A stretch of 64,000 nucleotides of DNA from the sequence record OP557969.1. The stretch is one strand, 5' to 3'. The notes beneath the pieces are model-generated. The model ran no database searches, was not told the DNA's origin, and saw only the letters and a list, made by a program, of their open reading frames with translations. The position numbers were made by a program, and so were the translations under genes. Shown piece after piece: positions 18,347 through 28,922 of this stretch (position 1 is its first letter; each line of letters begins with the position of its first letter).

Positions 18347-20767
18347 ATGGTAGCTTGGCTATGGAGAATTACAATGACAACTTTTACCCCACGTTGGGAT
18401 ATAAAAGCCGATGCTCGATATATACAAGAAGGACAAGACATTCTTTTGCGTTTGAGTATCAACAAAAATAGCACAACAGATGCTAGTTATGTATTAAATG
18501 AAGATGAATACTTAGAGATGATTCTTACAATACAATGCTTGGATAGTTCAGGTGCAGTATTTGAGCCAGAATCACATTATACTTTTTTTGTGGGTAATGA
18601 TGAAAACAGTTTTATACCCATTTCTGAAGGAACTACTGGAAATAAATTGGTAAATGGGAAACATAAATGTAAAATTAGTAAAACACAATTTAACTTATCA
18701 GGCAGTACTAATAGTGAAGATATATATTTTATAAAAATTCATTGTAAAAATAACGGAACATTCAACAATACCGAAATTATCAATTTTTATTTACAGGCAG
18801 TAAATGTGATGTATTTTGGTAATATTGCACCTAGTGGTGTGTTGGGAACAACTGACGCATCAGTAACATATGATAGCCAGGAAGTTTGGGTTACACCTGG
18901 TGTAGAGATTGGTGATGATAAAAAACCATACTGCATCGGGGATGTTGATTATGGTTCTAACAGTACATTGTTTGTACAAGGATTTGGAAGAAGACGACCT
19001 TTTATATTTGGGACTGACACTACTCTTGATTTCACCCCACGAGTATTCTACCCAGCTTATAGATTGCTTGATATGGATATATCGGAAGTTCCACAGAATC
19101 ACATCACAAAGGATTATGCCGTTTTTAAACCAGCACAAACTGTATGGCCTATTTCGGGTATAAACAAAGAAGTTAAAGTTAACATTCAAAACAAAAACGG
19201 AAGCACAATTGATACTGGAATGATTTTCAACCCAAATGGTCAATTACTTCAAACATTTTTATACGAATCTGAAGCATGTGACGCATATTTTAAGGTTGAG
19301 ATTGTAGACATTTTAAGTACTTATGTAGATGATAGTGAGAGATTTGCAATAAATCAACGTTACAAAGCATATCAAATGTGGGTATGTCCAGAAGACATAG
19401 ACACTATATATTCAATCTCTGATAAACCATTACCAAATCATTTGTACCAATTAAAAGATAATATAGTTTATCCATATGTAATTAGTGGTGAGTATGACGA
19501 TGGCACACTTAAGCCTGTATATGATAGTAGTGATTGGATAGATTTAGGTTATTACGATCCAACTCTTGGTGAAAATATCATTGGAATGCAAAAAATATTC
19601 AGGGTATTAGTTAATGCAGAAGAAGGGAATAACATAAACTTCATAACTGAGAGTGACTTAGGAACCATTCATGTTGGTGAATACTTTGGGAATAGCGTCT
19701 ATCCTAAGATAGAAACTGATAGTACAAGTCAGGTTTCTTATATATTAGATGGTGGTGATGATATTAGAAAATATGGAATGGACTTAACACCAGATGGTTA
19801 TCTAGTAGGAACTGCATTTGCTAAAAGTGTGGATTTTAGTGCTAATGATGATATTAAACTTTCATTTTACGTTAAAGCATTCAGTTCTGAAGGTGGTGAG
19901 GCAAGAAAATTATTTAATCTTAAAATCATAAGAGGTTTTGGGCAAAATTATTTAAGTGCACATGTTCTACCATCTGTTTCTTTTGAAAGAGATTGGTTTA
20001 AATGTATTAGTACTTCATCATTTACTAACCAATTATTTTTCCGTCAATCCGATGATAGATATGGTCTTCAAAAAGTACCAAAAATGCTATTGAAAGAAAA
20101 TTTTCTAAGTCAAACGTACCCATACACCAATCTTTCTGATATTAAGAAAGTATTACGAAAGAGTATTGTTGATACAAACGGAACCACTATTCCGAATGGT
20201 AAATTTAAAATGGTAATGGGTAATTATAAATTGTTATCAGCACTTGACAATCAAGGAAATTTACAATATGATTTATTGTATCGTGAAGTTTTACCTGAAG
20301 GTTCGTTGGTGTCAGTGTCTAAAAATCCACGCCAGTACACACAAATTGACAATGGCCTACTGGGTGAACTGTTTGGTTTACGACAAAACATATTCAAAGC
20401 AATTGGTGAAGATACAACCAACTTGGTCAAAGATCCTACAGATTTACAAAACCGTGGTATGTATGTTGATGCTATACCTAGTGTTAGTGATGAGATGCTT
20501 GATACTGTTCCTAGGTTTATGAATCATCCCTATATTGAAAATAACCTACAGAAAAAATTCATGCCTATAATTCCAGTTGCATATTGTCTGCCAGGCAAAG
20601 GTGAAGCATTTTTCAACACTTTACTACAGAATAATGAACATGGTACAATGGTCGGTCTAGAATTTGAAATTACATCGGTGGAGTTTGGGTATTTTTCACA
20701 TGAATCAGATAATTATGTACCTGATACATTTGTAATTACATTACCAAACAATAACATAGGAGTTTAA
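18347..20767 (+). CDS. Large protein, probably virion structural (likely start 18374)
   Basis: ~800 aa, beta-rich composition, preceded by TATAAATA and GGAGA RBS. Confidence 0.65.
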   Translation: MVAWLWRITMTTFTPRWDIKADARYIQEGQDILLRLSINKNSTTDASYVLNEDEYLEMILTIQCLDSSGAVFEPESHYTFFVGNDENSFIPISEGTTGNKLVNGKHKCKISKTQFNLSGSTNSEDIYFIKIHCKNNGTFNNTEIINFYLQAVNVMYFGNIAPSGVLGTTDASVTYDSQEVWVTPGVEIGDDKKPYCIGDVDYGSNSTLFVQGFGRRRPFIFGTDTTLDFTPRVFYPAYRLLDMDISEVPQNHITKDYAVFKPAQTVWPISGINKEVKVNIQNKNGSTIDTGMIFNPNGQLLQTFLYESEACDAYFKVEIVDILSTYVDDSERFAINQRYKAYQMWVCPEDIDTIYSISDKPLPNHLYQLKDNIVYPYVISGEYDDGTLKPVYDSSDWIDLGYYDPTLGENIIGMQKIFRVLVNAEEGNNINFITESDLGTIHVGEYFGNSVYPKIETDSTSQVSYILDGGDDIRKYGMDLTPDGYLVGTAFAKSVDFSANDDIKLSFYVKAFSSEGGEARKLFNLKIIRGFGQNYLSAHVLPSVSFERDWFKCISTSSFTNQLFFRQSDDRYGLQKVPKMLLKENFLSQTYPYTNLSDIKKVLRKSIVDTNGTTIPNGKFKMVMGNYKLLSALDNQGNLQYDLLYREVLPEGSLVSVSKNPRQYTQIDNGLLGELFGLRQNIFKAIGEDTTNLVKDPTDLQNRGMYVDAIPSVSDEMLDTVPRFMNHPYIENNLQKKFMPIIPVAYCLPGKGEAFFNTLLQNNEHGTMVGLEFEITSVEFGYFSHESDNYVPDTFVITLPNNNIGV

Positions 20768-20768
20768 T

Positions 20769-21080
20769 ATGTTTAATCCATTTTTTGACCCGTCTGGGAT
20801 GACGGATAAAGAATTACAGTTAAAAATCAACGAGCAATCATTACGTTTGACATCTGCACGTGCGGCTGGTATGAGTGATATGATTATTGGTAATATGCAA
20901 ATGGTGCTAAATCAATGTTATGCTGAACTAGAACTTCGCCAGGGACATAAAGAGAAAAATGTTTATGATGAAGAAGACCCGTGTATCTTCGACATGGACT
21001 CGTATCTAACTGACAACGAAGAGGCTCAGAAGAAGAAAAATGAAAGTACAAGGAAACAGATTTATAAGTCCCAATGGTGA
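20769..21080 (+). CDS. Hypothetical protein
   Basis: ORF track; AGGAG RBS. Confidence 0.75.
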   Translation: MFNPFFDPSGMTDKELQLKINEQSLRLTSARAAGMSDMIIGNMQMVLNQCYAELELRQGHKEKNVYDEEDPCIFDMDSYLTDNEEAQKKKNESTRKQIYKSQW

Positions 21081-21558
21081 TGTGAAATGTAATCTTAATG
21101 CAGTTGTTTATGCAATCAACTGTGGTGCAGATATCCAGTACTTACAATTACAGGAAATCGATGAACCTGAAAGGTTAAAATTCAATGATAACTGTAAAAA
21201 ATTTGGTTTAGAGCAACGTATGCTGGATTATACCATTGAACATGATAAAAATCATGAACTTTGGCGTTATGATCCAGTATATGATAATATAAATCTACGT
21301 GACTTTTTTTTACAAAAGTGTACATCTGATGAAGCACGAACACGTGTTGAGTATGAGCTTGAATTATATGAATATTATAATATGACAAAACTATTAAGAT
21401 GTATGATCTGGCTCGTTGATTACATGGAAGAACATGAAATCTTTTGGGGTCTGGGGCGTGGAAGCTCTGTTGCATCATATTGCTTATACTTGATTGGACT
21501 ACATATGGTAGATTCATTGAAGTATGACCTTGATGTGAACGAATTTTTGAAATGGTAG
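21040..21558 (+). CDS. Truncated DNA polymerase III alpha (DnaE)-like protein
   Basis: RVEYELELY, GLGRGSSVASYCLYLIGLHMVDSLKYDL..EFLK matches DnaE [35 protein letters not shown]; the protein ends before the catalytic PDxDxD. Confidence 0.8.
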   Translation: MKVQGNRFISPNGDVKCNLNAVVYAINCGADIQYLQLQEIDEPERLKFNDNCKKFGLEQRMLDYTIEHDKNHELWRYDPVYDNINLRDFFLQKCTSDEARTRVEYELELYEYYNMTKLLRCMIWLVDYMEEHEIFWGLGRGSSVASYCLYLIGLHMVDSLKYDLDVNEFLKW

Positions 21559-21622
21559 ATAAACATGTGATATAATGTGTATTGTAGTTATTATATCACA
21601 CATAAAATAAAAGGATTTTGAT

Positions 21623-21967
21623 ATGTCTAAACATACAACTTATCGTGGTACAACAATTGACATGGATATGCTCAAGTACCAAAATCAACACCAGGTAGCA
21701 TTGGGTAATGCAAATCTAAATGCACGTGGTGATAAAATTGGCTCAGGTGGAACAATTATCAAAACTCGTGAAGAGTTACTTCAAGAAAAAGAACGTGAAA
21801 TGCAAATTCCTGATTTTATTCCTGAACATCAACTTCATAGTACTGAACATAGTACTGAAGAAGTATGGGATGATGAAAGCTTTGAAGTTATGCCCGAAGT
21901 AAAAGAAGCTGAGGTTTCTGAAGAAAAGAAAGCCCCACGTCGAGCAAGAACTAAAGAACAGGAGTGA
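21623..21967 (+). CDS. Conserved-type hypothetical protein of large myoviruses
   Basis: ORF track; ALGNANLNARGDKIG..G.IIK motif; acidic tail. Confidence 0.75.
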   Translation: MSKHTTYRGTTIDMDMLKYQNQHQVALGNANLNARGDKIGSGGTIIKTREELLQEKEREMQIPDFIPEHQLHSTEHSTEEVWDDESFEVMPEVKEAEVSEEKKAPRRARTKEQE

Positions 21968-22302
21968 TGTGTCAAATGACTAATAAAGTAATGACTGCAT
22001 GTAAAGGTAAAGTTCTAGTAACTGATCTGGAACATGGTGAACGTAAAACAGCAGGTGGGATCGTTTTAACGAACGATGATGGCAAAATCAGGGGCATTCG
22101 TTCTCGCTGGGCAAAAGTCTATTCGGTCGGTGAAGACATTACTGATATTAAAGAAGGACAATGGATTTTAATCGATCACGGTCGATGGTCAAGAACTATT
22201 GAAGTTGATGGCATTGAATTGAACTTGGTTGATTACCCTGCTGCTGTTAGTTTAGTATCAGATGAAGATCCAAGAACAAAAATGCTAACCTTTGGACGTT
22301 AA
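21964..22302 (+). CDS. groES: GroES/Cpn10-like co-chaperonin
   Basis: KVLV..ERKTAGGIVL..AKVYSVGE..DIKEGQWIL. Confidence 0.85.
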   Translation: MMCQMTNKVMTACKGKVLVTDLEHGERKTAGGIVLTNDDGKIRGIRSRWAKVYSVGEDITDIKEGQWILIDHGRWSRTIEVDGIELNLVDYPAAVSLVSDEDPRTKMLTFGR

Positions 22303-22359
22303 CAAAAAATCAATTGAAGCTCGGATAGAAATCTGGGCTTTTTATTTGGACAAAAAATA

Positions 22360-22629
22360 ATGATAACTGATGATGGTAAATTTAGTTTCAAAGATGTAAC
22401 ATTAGTGTCAAAGAATGGAAGATTCATGTTTGAGGATAGAAAAAATACCAAATATGTATATGAAGTTTCACATGATATGTTTAAAGTTTTATTAGTTGCT
22501 TCAGCACAAGCTGAAAGTACTGGAATTAAAAATAAGGCAAATTCTTTTAATTTTTTATTAAATCAACTTGAGATGACAGAAGAACTTTTCACGGCTTTAT
22601 TATATGATTCAGCCGATTGGATTCTATAA
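22360..22629 (+). CDS. Hypothetical protein
   Basis: ORF track. Confidence 0.65.
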   Translation: MITDDGKFSFKDVTLVSKNGRFMFEDRKNTKYVYEVSHDMFKVLLVASAQAESTGIKNKANSFNFLLNQLEMTEELFTALLYDSADWIL

Positions 22630-22652
22630 CACGTACACAGAAGGAAATACAC

Positions 22653-23606
22653 ATGACCACACTATGGACTGAAAAATATCGCCCACAAACAATGGAAGAT
22701 TATGTATCAAAAAATGATGCTCTACGTCAGAAAATGGAAGAATGGATTAAAACTGGCGACATTCCACATATTGGTTTTTTTGGCCCAGCAGGAACTGGTA
22801 AAACATCTGCAATTAAAGTACTTATTAATGGTTTGGTTCAGAACGGACACCTCGACCCAAGTGACGTAACCACACTTAATATGTCAGATGAAGGTATTGA
22901 TGCTGTGCGTGATAAAATTGATGCCGCAGCAAAACTATCATGCTTTGGACGATATCGTATTTTTGTTCTTGAAGAAATGGAACAAATGAACCATAAAGCA
23001 CAAGGTAGCTTGAAGCGTGTCATGGAAGACTATCATGAAAATGCTCGCTTTATTTTAACAAGTAATGAACCACATAAAATTCAAAAACCTATTATCTCTC
23101 GCGTTCAAGTCATTACAATTGAAAAACATGACATGGAACAGTTCATGACAAGAATTTATAATATCCTTCTCGCTGAAGGTGTTGATCTGAGTAGTGATGA
23201 TAGTGTTGAACAAGTTCAAAAGTACATCAATGCTTCATATCCAGATTTTCGTAAAACGCTAAACGTATTGCAAAGTTCAGTTGTTGATGGTAAACTAGTC
23301 AAACTTGAGGATAGTATTGAAAATTCTGCCGGATATCGCACTGCAATCATTGATGCGTTGAAGGCAGGAAATATCCGTCAAATGCGAGAGCAAATTGTTC
23401 AATCTATCCCTGATGATGAAATGGATGCATTTTTTTCGTACTTGTACCGAAATGCGGAAATGTTCAGTACTGACGAAATCACACTGATGAAGATTAAAGT
23501 TAAAATTCGTGATGCTGTTGTTAAGCAAGCAACAGTATCCGACCGTGAAATGAATCTTAGTGCATTGTTGTGTGAGATTGATCTAATTTGTTCGGGGAAC
23601 ATGTAA
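22653..23606 (+). CDS. Sliding-clamp loader AAA+ subunit (gp44/RFC-like)
   Basis: LWTEKYRP, GPAGTGKT, LEEMEQM, IISR, DFRKTLN; AAGGA RBS before ATG 22653. Confidence 0.92.
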   Translation: MTTLWTEKYRPQTMEDYVSKNDALRQKMEEWIKTGDIPHIGFFGPAGTGKTSAIKVLINGLVQNGHLDPSDVTTLNMSDEGIDAVRDKIDAAAKLSCFGRYRIFVLEEMEQMNHKAQGSLKRVMEDYHENARFILTSNEPHKIQKPIISRVQVITIEKHDMEQFMTRIYNILLAEGVDLSSDDSVEQVQKYINASYPDFRKTLNVLQSSVVDGKLVKLEDSIENSAGYRTAIIDALKAGNIRQMREQIVQSIPDDEMDAFFSYLYRNAEMFSTDEITLMKIKVKIRDAVVKQATVSDREMNLSALLCEIDLICSGNM

Positions 23607-24232
23607 TGAAGCCACGTTGTATTGTTTTTGATTGTGACGAAGTTCTATTAGACCACATCGGTATGCTTTCAGAGTATGTTAAACAAACTTATAACATAAC
23701 CCCATCAACACCATATCCAACAGAATATGACCTATCAGATTGGTTGGGTGTTCCTCAAACTGAAGTTAAAAAAATTCTTGAACGTTTCAATCAACAATCG
23801 TATTTGTTTGGATTGTTAAAACCTGTTGAACCAAATACTGTTGATATTGTTCAAGAATTACGTGACCGTTTTTATAAAGAAAAGTTTGTGGTTCTGACAA
23901 AATGTGGTAAGAAAGGATATGGTGAAGTTTTGCGTAATGTGAATCTCATGCGAGAATTTGGTGAAAATTGTTTTGATGAGATCATCATCATTGAAATGGA
24001 TGAAACAAAGAAAAAGGCATTGGAGGATTTACAAGAGAAGTACGATGTGAAATTGATGATTGATGATTATATCAACAACATTGAAACTGCATTGGAGCTT
24101 GGTATTCCTTCAGTTATGATGGGATGCTCACATAATACTGCATACAGGAACAGTCGTGATTTTGAATATATCGAGAACTGGACCGAGCTTAGACTGAAAA
24201 TTTATTCAGTTCTGGGTAAATATTATAAATAA
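23606..24232 (+). CDS. HAD-family phosphatase (5'-nucleotidase-like)
   Basis: VFDCDEVL (DxD motif I), LTK, KK, MIDDYINN. Confidence 0.85.
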   Translation: MKPRCIVFDCDEVLLDHIGMLSEYVKQTYNITPSTPYPTEYDLSDWLGVPQTEVKKILERFNQQSYLFGLLKPVEPNTVDIVQELRDRFYKEKFVVLTKCGKKGYGEVLRNVNLMREFGENCFDEIIIIEMDETKKKALEDLQEKYDVKLMIDDYINNIETALELGIPSVMMGCSHNTAYRNSRDFEYIENWTELRLKIYSVLGKYYK

Positions 24233-24246
24233 TACTTTTTAAATTA

Positions 24247-24270
24247 AGGGGTTTGTTTCAAACCCCTTTT
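24247..24270 (+). terminator. Intrinsic terminator
   Basis: AAGGGGTTTG-TTT-CAAACCCCTTTT. Confidence 0.7.
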
Positions 24271-24331
24271 GTTGTATTTTAAAAGTAGTAAATAGTATTA
24301 TATGTGCTAGTTTTTGAGGATAATATAAAAT

Positions 24332-24898
24332 ATGGAAGATTTAGATTATACAGATAATGCTATTCAGCAGTTGTATGATAATAGTGGTATGTTAGATATA
24401 CTTCTTGCTGTTGAGAAATACTTCGATGATAATGATTTATACGCTTATAAAGGTATCATCGAGGGTGAATTAGTTGAGGGACCAATTGTAAGTAAATATT
24501 GGTGTACAGTTACATTTAAATATTATCGTGAAAACTTTCCCGATCCTACAGCGTTCTCAATATTGGAGAAACATGGCACTAAAGTATACGTCAAAGCGGA
24601 TTATGAAATAACACCAATTGAAGAACCAAATCGACAAGCAGATATGAAAAGTATTGCAACACAGACTGGTTCTGTGCGTATACCAAAAAATGAACGAATT
24701 CCGGTTCTATTGGTTAGAGTTCAAATACCACGAAATTTAATTAATCCAGAAAGTTTTGATGAATATAAACTTATGGCATCTGAATTTAATAGTAACCCAA
24801 TGAATTCTCCTGAAAATATTGAAGAACCCGTTACTGGGGATGATGTTGACTTAGATGTTGATGTAACTGACAATACACAAGAAGGTGGAATGCAATGA
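24332..24898 (+). CDS. Conserved-type hypothetical protein
   Basis: ORF track; GELVEGPIVSKYW..FPDP motif; acidic tail. Confidence 0.75.
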   Translation: MEDLDYTDNAIQQLYDNSGMLDILLAVEKYFDDNDLYAYKGIIEGELVEGPIVSKYWCTVTFKYYRENFPDPTAFSILEKHGTKVYVKADYEITPIEEPNRQADMKSIATQTGSVRIPKNERIPVLLVRVQIPRNLINPESFDEYKLMASEFNSNPMNSPENIEEPVTGDDVDLDVDVTDNTQEGGMQ

Positions 24899-25575
24899 AA
24901 ACTAAATTAAATGAGCAAGGATTACGTCCCCAGGTTCTTAAAGATTTGATTCATCCTATTATTAGTGTTGATGAATATACTCCTAAAATTGAAGATAGTA
25001 ATATTGTAATTATGTTTCAGGTTCTGAATAATTTCGATGCTGCATATGATTTATCTTCTTTCATCGAAAAATCACCGATTGATGCGATTGACACTGAGGC
25101 GGCAGAAACTCCTAATTTGGATGGTCGCTATCAAGTTTATGTGGAAATGGAACGAAATGCGGAGTTTCCTGAAAAACTTTTACGTTTAATTAAAACTATC
25201 GAAAATATTTGTCCTGATCCTGGTTGGAAAATCCAACTATATGGTGTCAATGATCCAATTGATGTTGATTTCGATGAAATACAACAAAGAATTGACTTGG
25301 GTATCCCAAGTTCAATTAGTGAGTTTCTTGACTATGCTGGTGTTTCGGTGATTAAAGAAGGTAATATGTTGACATTGAAAACTGCATATGGTAAATTGCA
25401 TTATAGTTCAGGGAGTGGTTTTGTTTCTGAATCATATGTTAAGAAACTATTAAAAAATGATACACAGTTGGATACATCACGTCTTAGTTCTATCTTGGGT
25501 GAAAGCTATACAGTACTACGCAGTGGTGATCAATACGTGATTGGAAGAAATGGGAAATATTTGGTGTTACGATGA
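24895..25575 (+). CDS. Conserved-type hypothetical protein
   Basis: ORF track; ISVDEYTPKI..AAYDLSSFIEK. Confidence 0.75.
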   Translation: MKTKLNEQGLRPQVLKDLIHPIISVDEYTPKIEDSNIVIMFQVLNNFDAAYDLSSFIEKSPIDAIDTEAAETPNLDGRYQVYVEMERNAEFPEKLLRLIKTIENICPDPGWKIQLYGVNDPIDVDFDEIQQRIDLGIPSSISEFLDYAGVSVIKEGNMLTLKTAYGKLHYSSGSGFVSESYVKKLLKNDTQLDTSRLSSILGESYTVLRSGDQYVIGRNGKYLVLR

Positions 25576-26390
25576 GAATTTTAAATATGCTTAAATCTCT
25601 TCACGAAACGACGAAATTGGTTCAGGATGAAAAATATCGTCGAAGTATTACAAAAGATTTAGCATGTCGAATGTATATGCGTAGATTCGAAATTTCTCGA
25701 ATTGGTAAAAAATGGGATAATATAAATCGTGAAGACATTGACCCAGATGCTATTTTTAAAGCATACATGGCAAGAAAAGTTTTCATAAATGAAAAAACTT
25801 TTTATATAGATAGTGATAGAGTTCTAGAAGATAAATTCACTAAAGGTTTATGGAATATATGGTGTATTGAAATATTTGGAGAAGTTCTCCCTGAACCACC
25901 TGTTCCTAAAACGTATAAAGAATTAAAAAATATTTTTGATAATGAACACATACATTCAAACTTCTCATTATATGACACTGTATCAGAAGCTGTATTTTAT
26001 GGTGAGTTGCATGGTCATAACAAATATTTTGATAGTATGGTTAGTTTTGATTTGTTTTGCCACTTACCAGGTGTGTCTAGCTGGACCAGTGATCAACACC
26101 GAGCTAGTAAGGTTGATAAACGTAAATTCTCTGCTCAAAGATTTATGCAAGTTGCAATGAGTATGTATAAACTTGATTATCTTGGTTGTCCAGAACCATA
26201 TACTCATTTCTGGAAAGAAAAAGCACAAAAATGCTTAAACTACTGTATAGTTCGTTTGATGGACACATACATTCTTAAGTTTAGGAATGCAACAGTATAT
26301 GACATGCCAGAACCACCAGAGAATGAAAAGTATCCACCAGTCAAAACATTTGTATGGTACAGGGATAAAAGTAACAAAAGGATGCACTAA
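25572..26390 (+). CDS. Hypothetical protein
   Basis: ORF track; translationally coupled (ATGA overlap). Confidence 0.7.
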   Translation: MRILNMLKSLHETTKLVQDEKYRRSITKDLACRMYMRRFEISRIGKKWDNINREDIDPDAIFKAYMARKVFINEKTFYIDSDRVLEDKFTKGLWNIWCIEIFGEVLPEPPVPKTYKELKNIFDNEHIHSNFSLYDTVSEAVFYGELHGHNKYFDSMVSFDLFCHLPGVSSWTSDQHRASKVDKRKFSAQRFMQVAMSMYKLDYLGCPEPYTHFWKEKAQKCLNYCIVRLMDTYILKFRNATVYDMPEPPENEKYPPVKTFVWYRDKSNKRMH

Positions 26391-26416
26391 TGTGTATCCT
26401 TTTTTCGTTTCATGTA

Positions 26417-26445
26417 TTGACATATGGTGTACCAGTATGTATAAT
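26417..26445 (+). promoter_or_regulatory. Consensus sigma70 promoter
   Basis: TTGACA-N17-TATAAT. Confidence 0.85.
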
Positions 26446-26486
26446 ACCCACGTTATTTAAATTTTAATTGATTACGAGGTTTTATA

Positions 26487-27614
26487 ATGAAAGGTAAATA
26501 TTTTTTTGTTGAAAATGGGAAAGAAGTCGAAATTCAAGAATTCAACTATAATTATGTACTGAACTCTTTATTAAAACAATATGACCGTTCATCAAACAAA
26601 AAATACATTTACAATGTGATTGTACGCCGTACTTATGATTCGTTAGGTAATCCATCATTCGATGTAAAATCATTGTCATTGGATGAAATCTATTTTGATA
26701 ATAGACGCTTAAATGTATTTGATTTAATGAAAGATAAAATTCATTTTAGTAATGTTAGAATTGACCCTAACATGCCAGTACCACCATTGGAGCGTGAGTA
26801 TCGTGAATGGAAAGAAGGTCGTGCAAAACCGCGTCTGGATTTGGTAAAAACATCACCCGACGTTCCTGCACCTATTGTTCTTAAGAAAAAACCAATCAGC
26901 CCAGACGATACCCGAATTAAGGATATTGAATGTGTTGTTGAATTCCCAGATACTATTGAAAAGAACCCAGTCAAAGTGTTAGATTGGTTTATCAACTTAC
27001 CAGTTTGTGCACAAGAAATTGGAACTAAGATTCAACAAGTTTCAGAACGACAACTGGAACTCAGTTCTGCATTACAACAGCATAGTGATTATATCAGAAT
27101 GCTCATGGATAACTTAACAGTAGCTTTGGAAACCTTGTTCCCACTGAAACCGACATTCACCCAGAAATTATTTGGTAAAACTGATATCAAAGTACAACCG
27201 TCTGATTTACCAAAAGTGATGAAAAAACTCAATGAAGCTGTAAAGTATGATACCAACAAGTTTAGTGGTTTAAATTCTATGTTTTCTGAAATCAGAAAAG
27301 AAGTTAACGAAATCAAAAATGAACTTGAATATGGTAAGTTGGGCTGTGAATACGCACTATGCAGTGTGGATGATGCATTTGAATATGAATTAACATTAGA
27401 ACGTATTATGAAAATGAGCATTACCACGTCTATGACAGAAACAAGTATTATTGCTACAAACAAACAATATCAAGTTGATATGAATCGTATGATTGACATT
27501 CAAACTATCACTATTCCTTTGATTATCAATCGTTTACAGTCACAGGTAGGTAAGGCAGTAGATACAAGTACTGTTGAGATTATTCGCAACCTTGCATATG
27601 GTAACAAAGAATAA
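26487..27614 (+). CDS. Hypothetical coiled-coil protein, C-terminal half possibly TelA-related
   Basis: ORF track; helical C-terminal ~200 aa including FTQKLFGK; adjacent to TelA. Confidence 0.65.
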   Translation: MKGKYFFVENGKEVEIQEFNYNYVLNSLLKQYDRSSNKKYIYNVIVRRTYDSLGNPSFDVKSLSLDEIYFDNRRLNVFDLMKDKIHFSNVRIDPNMPVPPLEREYREWKEGRAKPRLDLVKTSPDVPAPIVLKKKPISPDDTRIKDIECVVEFPDTIEKNPVKVLDWFINLPVCAQEIGTKIQQVSERQLELSSALQQHSDYIRMLMDNLTVALETLFPLKPTFTQKLFGKTDIKVQPSDLPKVMKKLNEAVKYDTNKFSGLNSMFSEIRKEVNEIKNELEYGKLGCEYALCSVDDAFEYELTLERIMKMSITTSMTETSIIATNKQYQVDMNRMIDIQTITIPLIINRLQSQVGKAVDTSTVEIIRNLAYGNKE

Positions 27615-27623
27615 AAAAAACAC

Positions 27624-27652
27624 TTGACTTGGATATGTGCTGAACGTATAAT
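27624..27652 (+). promoter_or_regulatory. Sigma70 promoter
   Basis: TTGACT-N17-TATAAT. Confidence 0.8.
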
Positions 27653-27700
27653 GTTTATCACTGAGCAGCACATCATATTAACTTAAACGAGGAACTCTCA

Positions 27701-28837
27701 ATGGCAGAGAAAGAAATCAATCCAAAAAAATCGTCAACAGTCACTAAAAACACCAAACGTTCTTCCAAAACTGCGACGAAGGGTCACACAATTGATGCAA
27801 GTGATATTTTCAACCAAACAACAAAGTCACTCCCAGTTCTAAAAGATGTAAAGGGTAATACCATGTCACTAACAGTTCAAAACATCAACACTGTTGGTAC
27901 AACTGCTGGTGCGGCGGTTGGTCGTTTGGCTGATGAAATTATGTCTAAGGTTAACGTAACCGATGACAATACCGAGTTTGGTAAATCAATCACTACAATT
28001 CTCACATTGACCCGTGCGGTTGATATTGATAGTCTTCAGGAAGATAAATCAATTGTTGGTCGCATTAAGAAATTCTTTGTTAATGCCCAACAGAAAGTTG
28101 GCGATCAATACAAAAATAGTAAAGAACAAATTGATGAAATTATGAAAACTCTACAAACTGGCATCAATCGCCAACATGGAGAGTGTGAGTGGCTTGATAA
28201 AGCATATAATGAAAACAAAGAATATTTGTTCGAATTACGTGATACATTAGTTGGTTTAGAAGAAGTAACTAAAGCACAAGATGCAGTACTGGCAGAAATG
28301 CAAGCAAACAAAGATGTGGACTCTTTTGCTATTCAAGAACAAAAGATGATTTGTGAAGCACTTTCTAAGCAAGAAGACAAGATTCGCCGACTTATCATGA
28401 TGTGTGAACTGAGTGGTCCACGATTGATGAGTATGAAAAAAGTAAACTTAAACACTGTTTCTAAGTTTGAAGATTTGAAATCAGTAGTAATTCCCGCATG
28501 GAAATCGCAATTGGCTGAACAGCTAATCTCTGAGCGTCAACGTAAGGATAATGAATTGGGAAATCTAATTGACAATGAAACAAATCGTTTATTAGAGACT
28601 AACTCTAAGATGGTTGCAGCTAATATGCTGGATGCTGCAAAGGCAAACAATCGTGGTATTGTGGATATTAAAACCTTGCGTAATGTACATAAAACAATGA
28701 TTGACAGCATTGAAGCTGTTATTGAAGAAGAGAAAAAAGGTAAAATGGAACGTGAACGTGCGAAACAAGAAATCGCACAACTTTCACACGAACTCGAAGA
28801 CACACTTCGTGAAATTGCAGAAAAAGCTAACAAGTAA
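27701..28837 (+). CDS. telA: Toxic anion resistance protein TelA-like
   Basis: SIVGRIKKFF, EQIDEI..L, YNENKEY..EL, VVIPAWKSQL, NETNRLLETNS, GIVDIKTL. Confidence 0.8.
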   Translation: MAEKEINPKKSSTVTKNTKRSSKTATKGHTIDASDIFNQTTKSLPVLKDVKGNTMSLTVQNINTVGTTAGAAVGRLADEIMSKVNVTDDNTEFGKSITTILTLTRAVDIDSLQEDKSIVGRIKKFFVNAQQKVGDQYKNSKEQIDEIMKTLQTGINRQHGECEWLDKAYNENKEYLFELRDTLVGLEEVTKAQDAVLAEMQANKDVDSFAIQEQKMICEALSKQEDKIRRLIMMCELSGPRLMSMKKVNLNTVSKFEDLKSVVIPAWKSQLAEQLISERQRKDNELGNLIDNETNRLLETNSKMVAANMLDAAKANNRGIVDIKTLRNVHKTMIDSIEAVIEEEKKGKMERERAKQEIAQLSHELEDTLREIAEKANK

Positions 28838-28840
28838 TAG

Positions 28841-28870
28841 TTGACACATGGGTGCGTTTTTCAATATAAT
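28841..28870 (+). promoter_or_regulatory. Sigma70 promoter
   Basis: TTGACA-N18-TATAAT. Confidence 0.7.
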
Positions 28871-28922
28871 ATTATTATTGAAAACGCACTCTTTTTAATA
28901 TACAGATAAGGAACAAATATAT

